Origin: Cetorhinus maximus
Lineage: Eukaryota
NCBI RefSeq assembly: GCF_964194155.1
Contig: NC_135880.1
Location: forward strand, 177,754,001 to 177,818,000
Direction: 5' to 3'
DNA: 64,000 bases
The notes below the pieces were generated by a model. The model was not told the DNA's origin. It searched no databases and worked only from the letters and a program-made list of their open reading frames with translations. Positions 29,735 through 39,797 of the stretch are shown one piece after another (position 1 is the stretch's first letter; every line of letters begins with the position of its first letter). A program made the position numbers and the translations under genes.

Positions 29735-30139
29735 ATACAAGTAAATTACTGTTTCATGTGGAAGGAGTGTTTAAGGCCTTGGATGGGGAGCAGAGAGGAG
29801 GTAAAAGGGCAGGTGTAACATTGCCTGTGCTTGCATGGAAAGGTGCCATGCGAAGGGGGGGGTGGTATTGGGGTGACTGAGGTATAGAACAGAGTGTCAC
29901 ATAGGGAATGGTCCCTTCAGACTGCTGTAAAAGGAAGGGGAGATGTGTTTGGTGGGACCATCATGTTGGAGGTGATGTAAATGGCAGAGGATGATCCATT
30001 GAATGCAGAAGCTGGTGGGGTGGAAGCTGAGGACAAGGGGAACCCTATCATGTTCTGGGTGGGAAGGGGAGAAGAAAGAAATGCAAGAAATGGGACAGTA
30101 CAAGACCCTGTCAACAATGCTAGATAGGGGGAATCCTTG
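29735..30139 (-). mobile_element. Penelope-like fragment that is the target of the LTR element and resumes after 35230
   Basis: DRVPLVLSFHPTS..IQWIILCH..HLQHD, a PLE post-RT segment. Confidence 0.7.
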
Positions 30140-31194
30140 TGTTACGGAAAGAATGGGGGTTAATTTCAACAGCACTAATTTCTCCTTTCACCACCCGTCC
30201 ATAAACAGAAAGATGTTTTTGCTTCCCCCTTTATAATTGGTGGCATATTTCCCAATTGCTTGGTTTTGGTCTGATCCAATTTCTATTAATAACTCCAAAG
30301 CAAACTCGAAATAGGATGAACTCAAAGGGTTAGTTTATTTGCACACCCTAAAACACAGAAGGATCACAACGTTGCCTCCATTGCATTCATTCAGTAAAAG
30401 TGCGATAGAGAAAAGAAAGATTTACAGTGAAGAGACCACAGGGAAATTAAATAGTGTTTCACGTGGGTTCCAGGGTCTAGAAACAAGGTCCAATGAGGTA
30501 TTCCTTCACAGGGGTTGGTAAGCTGGAAACCGATGTTGTTTAATTGACTTTTCCTCTGGTGTTGACTTCACACAATGAGATGGGCATGCAGAGATGATTC
30601 AGTCTTGTTGGTGATGGTACAGAATTTCCAGTAGAAGCAGTGTAGATGGGGCCTGGTGTCCAACCTGGGCCAGAGCTTCTTGACTGTGATGCTGCGAGTT
30701 AGATGGAGCCACAGGAGACTGAGACTTTGCAGTTCCACAAGGCGATGTTACTGGTTCCACAAGCTAGAGGACTATGTCACATGACTCCCATGTCTTCACT
30801 CTGGCTTTGACAAGGTGTATCCCTCCTTTTTCTCCACCATAACTTTTCTATGGTTCCATGGGTCCCCGTGATTGTCAAATATCTCAACCATTAAGAATTG
30901 AAAGCAAGGTTACAGGATCCTTTGTCTTAGCAGATGAGCATACTCCTGTTGACTGGCCTGGGTTATGAAATGCAGATGGCCTTTGTGTAGATTTCTTTGA
31001 ATTTGGGCTGTGCAGCCCACAATATTTTGTCTGTGGCTTTTCAGAGATAATGTTGTGCCAGTTTCCCTGCTTCTTTTGTTCGAGGGTCACAGACCAACAT
31101 AGATTCAGCCATTATAGGTCTTTGTCCAGTTTAAATTTTTTTTAGAGATAGTGATGAACATATCTTTTTAATTTTCTTTATATATATGGTCTTA
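30140..31194 (-). repeat. 3' LTR of the Gypsy element
   Basis: Colinear diverged direct repeat of 34213-35230. Confidence 0.88.
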
Positions 31195-34190
31195 TGAAGG
31201 AAGAATAGGAAGTAAAGAAGTATGCACTCATTCTCTCATTCACATGGCACATCAGACACGCAGCTAACAGGGGCAATGGCAATTCCCTGCTGCGTTTTCC
31301 TTTCTGGAGTTTAAATCTGGGTTAGTGCATCAACAAGGACATTGTCCTGTCCTGGGATGTGGAATGTTTAAGTGACCCGGGAAGTTTCGAGATCTGTCTT
31401 TTGGGAAAGTCTATTCGGGTCTAGAGTTCCAAATTCATTCTGGGGCAGGATCAGGCATAAGCAAAGCCATTGATTTCAGAACTCTGGCTGTCCAACTCCT
31501 GATTAAGTGTCTTCTAAAGGGTCTGGGGGTTTTATAGGGTGTCTGGCTTTCAGGGGATGAGTGATGGTTAAGCTGCTCTGGGGTATCCACAGGGGAATGC
31601 TGGGCATCTCACTCTGTGAGTGCCAGGTCCTTTGATCCGAGGGCTGAGCTGCTCCTGTCCAGCTTAGCTCCTCCCTGTCCACTTTGGTAACCTGTGGGTT
31701 CAGCTGTTCAAACCCAGGGATGGTGATTAGGCTGATTGTCAGGAGATTGGGCTGTTTTAATGGAATTTTGGTCTCTTTAGGGGATTTGGGTTCAGTGTCC
31801 AGCTCGAGCGCTAGCACAGCCGAGGTGTTCCAGTTTCTGTTGCTAGGTGCTTCAGGATGGCATGGCAACAGGTCTGCTCCTGAACTTGGGCCAGCCTTTC
31901 TGGGCCCGGATGTTAGGTAGGGTGCCTTCGGGAGGGGCTTCACCCGCATCCATACCAGGTAGGGCTACAGTGCTGTAGCCTGGGGGGATTTTTAAGGATC
32001 ATTTTAAGTGCAGTGGACAACCCTGTCAGGTTTCCTTGCAATTCTGCATTAAGCAGGGGTGAGTATGGGATCCAATCTGGTTGGGATCCCTCTGCTAGTC
32101 AGCTGGGTAGTAGGCTCCGTGTCTTTTGGAACACTGCTGCCCTCAGGTGGATGGTCAGCTCTCACTGTACCACCTAATGGCTTTTCAACTAAGTGAGACA
32201 TCACCCTCACCCTTTCTGGGCGAATTTGCGAACTTTCCTGGTCCCCATTTAAATTCGCCATACAGCTACCAGCCAGACCAATCAATGGCTTCTTAGCTGG
32301 GGCCTTTGGATTGGGAGGAGGCGCTGTCCCCATGAAACTTGCTCATGACCCCTGGAACACAACTGCCCTCAAGTGGAGATGCAGCCCTCGCCCAATGTTT
32401 ATAGGTACTATTTCACCCATTTGGACCTCTGGAACTTCCCCAGCTTTCTGCACTCCTGCAGATTTCTGCTGGTTGATGTTGGCCTCTTTTCTTTCACTGG
32501 CTAACACCTTGCTGCCAGCCAATCATTTCCAAGGAGGAAATCGATTCCTGCTACTAGTAGTTCAGGGACAACTCCTACTGTGACAGGGCCTGAAACAAGG
32601 TCACAGTCTAGGTAGACATTATGGAGGGCTGCAAACACAGATCCTCCTCCCACTCCGCTGATCAGTGCTTTGGCCTTCAGGGAGTACTCTGGGGTGATGG
32701 GAGGGTAGATTTAGGTTTCCTTCCACCATTAAGGCCCCTATGTCCCCGAGCAGTAAAATGGACTTACTCACATTCTGGGGCAGATAAGGGGACACTGTTC
32801 CTGAAAGGACAAAACTCCGGAAGCTCTCCGGGAGTTTGTCCGGCTTGGACACACATAGAGCCGTACCCTCTAAAGGGTAATTTTCTGTACCGAGAATCTC
32901 TGTCTGCTCTGCTGCACTACCCATTGGGGCGTTTTTCACGGTCTACTCAAATGAAACCCTATTAGACCTACAGGCTTCCCTTGCAATCACCAGCACTCGG
33001 GCCTGGAATGGCCTATTTTATTGCAATGGAGACACACCGGATTCTGAGGGTTCTCCTTTTGGGCTGCAGGAGCGTTTCTCGCACCCTCCTTTGTGTCTTC
33101 TTCTCTGGGCGAGGGGCTTTTTCTATCTAGATCACCCTGCTTATCTTTCCAATGTTCATGTGAAGGTTTGGAAAGGGTCCGACTTGAGTGACCAGGCCTA
33201 TGGCTGAGATTGTAGCTGTCTGCTCTGACTGCTGTATCCCAGGCTGTGAGGATTCTCTGCTCCTCCAAATGCATCTGCAGGTTGGAGGGTAAGCAATTTT
33301 TGAATTCCTCCAACAATACCAACTCATGCAACTCCTCATAGGCACGTGGGATTCTTAGGGACCTTCCCCATCGGTTGAACGCGATTTGCCTCCAGGACTA
33401 ACTTGTAGGCACTTAGGATGGCAGCCTTGGTTTGCTCATAATTCATGGACACATCTGGAGGCAGCTTGGAGCAGACCCCTTGGGCTCTCCCTGTCAGTTG
33501 CCCTTCAATTAAAAATGGCCAGCTATCAATTGGCCATTTTAACTGTCCTGCTACTTTCTCAAAAGTGGCAAAAAATGACTCCGCATCACTCTCTTCAAAT
33601 TTAGGAATGACTCTAGCATACTTGAGGGCCTCAGAGAGTGATTCTGGGTTAGAAAGATAAGGGGCGCAATCGGGTGGAGGGAGATTTTTCCCTCGCAGCT
33701 TCCAATTGTCTGGTCTCTCTCCTTTGAGCTGCTAGCTCCATTTCCAATTTTCAGAGCTGGAATTCTCTTTCCCTCTCCTTGAATTCTAGCTATATTCTGA
33801 ACTTTTCCAACTCGAATTTGGCTAGGGGAGGGGATTTAGAGTCATGGTTGAGCTCTACATCTAATTGCTCTATCGCTAACGTGTGATCCAAATGTTCTAC
33901 CAACAACTGGATCAGTTCACTTCTCATCGCTTTACTGGCCTAGCCACAGCTTTCAGTTGTTCTGTGCTAAGGGACACTAAAGTTTCACCATTCAAATTTC
34001 CTTGCTTGACCCACATTTGGGCATCAAACATTGCCATCTTCTTAGTGATAGGAAAAAGGAATTTGCTGTGGTTAGTGATTGTTTTTAAATTTGTCCAGCA
34101 CATGGGTTTTCCTCTTAGCTTCCAATTGACTCTTTTATATCAGATTTGGCTCCTGTCTTAACTCGGACTCTGGTCAAATTCAAATGGATG

Positions 34191-34210
34191 ATCCCGGATT
34201 CGAGCTCCCA
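34191..34210 (-). other. Primer-binding site, tRNA-Pro-like
   Basis: TGGGAGCTCGAATCCGGGAT versus the classical tRNA-Pro PBS TGGGGGCTCGTCCGGGAT. Confidence 0.75.
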
Positions 34211-34212
34211 AG

Positions 34213-35230
34213 GTGGGGGTGTAATTTAAACAGCACTAATTTCTCCTCTTATCACCCGTCTGTAAACAGAAAGGTGTTTTGATTTGCTTCTCCCTTTATA
34301 AGTGGTGGCATATTTCCCAACACTTCGGTTTTGGTGTGGTCCAATTTCTATTAATAATCCCACAGCAAACTTGAGATTGAGTTTATCCTAAGGGTTAGTT
34401 TATTTGCACACACTCAAATCGCGGAAGAAGGGTCACAACGTTGCCTCCTTTGCATTCATATAGCAAGAGAGTTAGAGAAAAGAAAGATATACAATGCAGA
34501 GACCACAGAGAAAAGAAATAGTGTTTCACATGGGTTCCAAAGTCTAGAATCAAAGTCCAATGAGGTATTCCTTCAGAGGTTGGTAAGCTGAAAACCGATG
34601 CTGTTTAATTCATTTTTATGGTGGTGTTGACTTCACACGGTGAGATAGGCACGTAGAGATGAATCAGTCTTGTAGTTGATGGTACAGAATTTCCAGTAGA
34701 AGCAATGTAGATGGGGCCTGGTGTCCAACCTGGGCCAGAGGTCATTGTCTATGAAGCTGCTAGCTAGATGTTAAAATGACAGACTGAGACTTTGCAGTTC
34801 CGCAAGGTAATATTACTGGTTTCACAAGCTAGAGGTCTATGTCACATGACTCCCACCTCTCCACTCTAGGTCCCCAAGATTGTTGAATGTCTCAACCATT
34901 AAGAACTGAAAGGAATGTTGCAAGGTCCTTTGTCTTAGCAAACAAGCAGACTCCTGTTGGCCAGCTTGGGTTATGAAATGCAGATGGCCTTTGTCTAGTT
35001 CTCTTTGAATTTGGTCTGTGCAGCCCACAATGTGTCATTAGTGGCTCTTCAGAGGTAATGATGTGCGATTTTTCCCTGATACTGTGAGGTAGCTTCTTTT
35101 GTTCGAGGGTGACATAAATCCAGCCATTTTAGGTCTTTGTCCTGTTTTAAATTCCTTTAGCGATAGCAATGAGCATACCTCTATATATTTTATAATAAAA
35201 ATATACAGTGTGAGGTCTTAGTCTCTTACA
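34213..35230 (-). repeat. 5' LTR of the Gypsy element
   Basis: Direct repeat of 30140-31194; begins TGTAAGAG on the minus strand; adjacent to the PBS. Confidence 0.88.
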
Positions 35231-35399
35231 CTTGGTTATGAAACATCAAGAGCGCTGGCAAGGAAGTTTGAAACATCAGAATAGATGCAATAGAGACAGA
35301 GAAACAACAGTCCAAAAGTAGAACTTGCATTTATAAAGTGCTTTTAACACAGTAACAATTTGTATTTATATATCACATATAAAGTAATGAAATACAACA

Positions 35400-35760
35400 A
35401 CTTTAATTTGTATAGCACCTTTAATGTAATTCAAGATCCTAAGGTGCTTTGCAGGCACATTATAAAACAAGTATGACACCAAGCCACATGTGGAGATATT
35501 AGGTCAGATGACAAAAGCTTGGTCAAAAAATTAGGTTTTAAGGAGTGTCTTAAAGGAGAAAATGAGGTAAAGGTGGACTGGTCTAAGGAGGGAATTCCAG
35601 AGCTAGAGCCTTTGGCAACTGAAGGCACAGCCACCAATGGTGGAGCAATTAAAATTGGGGTTGCATAAGAAACCAGATTTAGAGGAATGCAGGTATCTTC
35701 CAGGGTCATGGGATTGGAGGAGATCATTGATAGGGAGGTGCAAGGCTATGAAAGGATTAC
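35400..35760 (-). mobile_element. L2-type 3' end fragment
   Basis: Homologous to 21955-22330, 39325-39640 and 57440-57950. Confidence 0.7.
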
Positions 35761-36111
35761 AGGCAGCCTAGGAGTCCATGAATTGACTTTTAACAGGCGG
35801 GGGGACTGCTCCATGCAACACTCTCTGCTCCTGATCCCCAATGGAGCAATCGTTCAAAGATGGCAAGAACCCCCTTAAAAGATTTTTCTGGATAAAATTA
35901 GATAAGGCATTTTCATCTGCGCCTGTCTTGTGAATTGAAGCAGTAGCTGTGAACAGTGGGGGAAAAGGAGATGGGAAGATCTCGTACAGAACTTAGAAAA
36001 ACTCACTTCAACTAAAGTCATCTGTCTTGATTTTTGCGCCGGTTGCCTTTTCGCGGGCAGGGGATGGCCGAGCTCTGGGCAACTGCCAACAAGGTCCAGC
36101 TTTACAAAGAT

Positions 36112-36303
36112 AAAAACAAAAAGCTAAAAGCTACTGCGGATGTTGGAAATCCAAAACAAAAACAGAATTACCTGGAAAAACTCAGCAGGTCTGGCAGCAT
36201 CGGTGGAGAAGAAATCAGTTAACGTTTCGAGCCTTCACGGCCCTTCGGCAGAACTGAAGCATAGTTAGGAGAGGGGTGAAATATAAGCTGGTTTAAGGTG
36301 GGG

Positions 36304-36334
<31 letters not shown>

Positions 36335-37354
36335 TTGAGGGTGTGGTGATTGTGGAGATAAGCAAGCAGTGATAGGAGCAGATAATCAAAAGATGTCACA
36401 GACAAAAGGATCAAAGAGGTGTTGAAGGTGGTGATATTTGTCTAAGAAAAGTGCTAATTAAGAATGGAAGACAGGACACTCAAAGTACAGCTCTAGTGGG
36501 GGTGGGGTGGAAAAGACTAACAAGGTTTTAGTTTTAGATTTAAAAATAATGGAAATAGGTGGGGAAAGAAGAATCTATATAAATTATTGAAAAAAAAGGT
36601 GGGGGGGGAGAAACGGGGTGGGGATGGGGGGAGGGGGAGTTTAAGATCTAAAGTTGTTGAATTCAATATTCAGCCCGGAAGGCTGTAAAGTGCCTAGTCG
36701 GAAGATGAGGTGCTGTTCCTCCAGTTTGCGAACTGTTGCCAACGCAAACTGGAGGAACAGCACCTCATCTTCCGACTAGGCACTTTACAGCCTTCCGGGC
36801 TGAATATTGAATTCAACAACTTTAGATCTTAAACTCCCCCACCCCGTTTCTCCCCCCATCCCCACCCCGTTTCTCCCCCCATCCCCACCCCGTTTCTCCC
36901 CCCATCCCCACCCCGTTTCTCCCCCCCCCTTTTTCAATAATTTATATAGATTCTTCTTTCCCCACCTATTTCCATTATTTTTAAATCTAAAACTAAAACC
37001 TTGTTAGTCTTTTCCACCCCACCCCCACTAGAGCTGTACTTTGAGTGTCCTGTCTTCCATTCTTAATTAGCACATTTTCTTAGACAAATATCACCACCTT
37101 CAACACCTCTTTGATCCTTTTGTCTGTGACATCTTTTGATTATCTGCTCCTATCACTGCTTGCTTATCTCCACAATCACCACACCCTCAACTTCTCTCTC
37201 CCCCCCCCCCACCTTAAACCAGCTTATATTTCACCCCTCTCCTAACTATGCTTCAGTTCTGCCGAAGGGCCGTGAAGGCTCGAAACGTTAACTGATTTCT
37301 TCTCCACCGATGCTGCCAGACCTGCTGAGTTTTTCCAGGTAATTCTGTTTTTGT
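36112..37354. mobile_element. Fold-back Penelope-like insertion with 17-bp TSD
   Basis: Arms 36155-36730 and 36743-37355 are near-perfect inverted repeats with a 12-nt spacer. Inner ends encode QRKLEEQHLIFRLGTLQPSGLNIEFNNFRS* (GIY-YIG C-terminus). TCCAGCTTTACAAAGAT at 36095-36111 and 37355-37371. Confidence 0.92.
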
Positions 37355-37364
37355 TCCAGCTTTA

Positions 37365-37620
37365 CAAAGATGGCGGTCTGGCGGCCTGACCTCTCCAGTG
37401 TACGCATGTGCGACGCCGCAGCAGCATGAGCAGCGCGAAAATGCGCGCGCGCATTCCTCACCTGCCAGGTAAGGCACGCGTGACATGGCCCCTGTTTCTT
37501 TGCGCGTGCGCAGGCGGATAGCTCCGCCTTGCCCCGGGGTGGTGGGGGGCGGAGTGCATGCCGGGGAGTGGGGCAGTGGAAGCTCGTCGCAGTGGCTGTC
37601 GGGTAGGAGTGAGGCGGCTC
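37365..37620 (+). promoter_or_regulatory. APTX: APTX CpG-rich promoter and candidate first exon ending at 37468
   Basis: YY1-like AAGATGGCGG; NRF1-like TGCGCGCGCGCA (37442) and TGCGCGTGCGCA (37501); donor CAG|GTAAGG at 37468/37469. Confidence 0.7.
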
Positions 37621-37904
37621 TTGTTGTCGGTGAGAATAACTTTAAGTTGTTTTTTCCATTCCCCCCCCCCCTCCTTTAAAAGCGGAGCATCGAGACGCGA
37701 AATTTAAGCGACACATTTCCTCTTTTAAAAAGTGTTTCCTAGGTCCTGGTGTGGCAGCTTGCTTGGCTGCAGATTCCCTAAACCCAGGCCTGCTGACTCC
37801 AGGCTCCATCAGGCAGGTGGGACTGACTGGCTTCAGTAACAGGGGCCGGGGCAGATTCAGTAATAACCCTGAAAGGGCAAATGGATAATCACTTGAAAAG
37901 GACA

Positions 37905-38630
37905 AAAAATAACGTTGCCTGGGCTGGAGAGTTTTAGTTATGAGGAGAGATTGGATGGACTGGGGTTATTTTCCCTGTGCAGAGGAGATTGGGGGGGGGA
38001 CATGATTGAGGTGTATAAAATTATGAGGGGTGTAGATAGGGTAGACAGGAAGGAACCTTTCCCCTTGGTGGAGGGATCAATAACCAGGGGGGCATAGATT
38101 TAAGGTAAGGGGCAGGAGGTTTAGAGGGGATGTGAGGAAGAATTTTTTCACCCAGAGGGTGGTGGGAATCTGGAACTCGCTGCCTGAAAGAGGCAGAAAC
38201 CCTCAACATTTAAGAAGCATTTGGATGTGCACTTGCGATGATGCCACGGCATACAAGGGCCTAGTGCTAGAAAATGGGATTAGACTAGTTAGGTACTTGT
38301 TTGACCGGCGGAGACTCGATGGGCCTTTTTCTGTGCTGTAGACCTCTATGACTCTTATAAGACCATAAGACATAGGAGCAGAAATTAGGCCATTTGGCCC
38401 ATCGAGTCTGCTCCGCCATTCAATCATGGCTGATAAGTTTCTCAACCCCATTCTCCCGCCTTCTCCCCATAACCTTTGATCCCTTTACCAATCAAGAACC
38501 TATCTATCTCGGTCTTAAATACACTCAATGAACTTGTATGCAGGAAGGAGTAGGGCAGTGGGCTCAAAGGGATAGCTCTTTCAGAGAGCTGGCACAGGAA
38601 TGATGGGCTGAATGGTCTCCTTCTATCATC
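37905..38630. mobile_element. CR1-type 3' fragments (sense 37905-38350; antisense 38358-38532)
   Basis: [31 protein letters not shown]; taagaccataagacatagg tail. Confidence 0.85.
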
Positions 38631-38711
38631 ATTCTAATCTGCTCTGCTAAATATTGTGATGTATGCCCAATCACTTTAAACACTTTTTCCGTGGCGCTTT
38701 AAGCATCATAG

Positions 38712-39045
38712 TTGTCAGCCGTGGTTTGGTTGGTTTCACTCTTGAGTCAAGAGAGTTGTTTGTTCGAGTCCCTGCTCCAGAAGACATGTGCATGTAATCT
38801 AGGCTGACACTCCCCAGCTCCAGTACAGAGGGATTTTCGTGTTATTGGAGGTGTTGTCTTTCAGATAGGATGTTAATCTGAGGCCCCAGTTGCCCTATGA
38901 GGAGAGTAATCTGGTCACTAACATAGATTGTGGAACCTTGCTGTGCACAAATTGGCTGTCACTGTGACTGCACAGCAAACATAGTCTATTCAATGTAAAG
39001 TGCTATGGGATTATCAAAGGTGTAATATAAATGCAAGTCTTTTTA
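38712..39045 (+). mobile_element. tRNA-derived SINE, Deu-domain-like family
   Basis: Homologous to 48295-48760. Confidence 0.65.
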
Positions 39046-39667
39046 TTTCTTTCAGTTTGACTGATTACAGTCACAAGTAACATTTGCTTCCTCCCCAGTG
39101 TTACTGTTTTACCTTATGTTTGCACTTTATTTAGATTAATGGCTTGGATTCAGAAACACAACTGGTTGGTTAATTGTAGCTATGTACATTTTCAAGGGAA
39201 GCTGTTAAATTGTGTTTAATGATTAGATTCTGGAGCTGTGTGTATCTACAGGGTATATGAAACATTAATTAGAGCAAATTATTTTTGACTTTTATAATTG
39301 AACGCATTACAGCAATTTACATTGTTTATTGCTTTTAACATAGTAAAGTCTAAGATGCTTCACAGGAATGATTATAAAGCAGAATTTAACACTGATCCAC
39401 ATAGGGAGGTAATGGGACAGTTAGCCAGCAGCATGGTCAAAGAGGTAGATTTTAAGGAGCATTTTAAAGGAGGAGAGAGAGGCAGAGAGGTTTAAGGAGG
39501 GAATTCCACAGCTTAGGGCCTAGGCAGCTGAAGATATAGATGCCAATGATGGAATGAGAGGCCAGAATTGGAGGAGCGCAGAGATCGTGGACGGTTGTAA
39601 GGCTAGAGGAGATTAGAGCTAAGGAGGAATACCTCAGAGCATTCTTAATCTTCTGTCTTCCAGCACG

Positions 39668-39797
39668 ATGCGAGTTTGTTGGTTGGTGAGTAAAGATGGG
39701 AGGCATCAACCGATACAACTTGCACACTCAGTTTGTGTGTTGATTGGAAGAAGCCCCGAAACTCGAATTACAGATAAAAAATGCTCACGGCATCAAG
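39668..39797 (+). CDS. APTX: APTX first coding exon (FHA)
   Basis: cag|CACGATG; [43 protein letters not shown]|gtgag. Confidence 0.93.

Larger units (their letters stand above)
30140..35230 (-). mobile_element. Gypsy (Gmr1-like) LTR retrotransposon, pol-deleted and non-autonomous
   Basis: TG...CA termini with CTTG TSD (30136-30139, 35231-35234); LTRs of about 1 kb (30140-~31194, ~34213-35230); PBS TGGGAGCTCGAATCCGGGAT; gag with SCAN-like ELVLLEEFKNCLP and CCHC CLHCNKIGHSRPEC; degraded protease LLGDIGA; terminal RNase H motif HIPGQDNVLVDAL. Confidence 0.9.

Noticed and set aside
36112-37354. Palindrome as an assembly fold-back artefact
   Set aside because: The exact 17-bp TSD, unique flanks on both sides, arm-specific differences and two smaller elements with the same architecture argue it is real, though read-level confirmation is still advisable.
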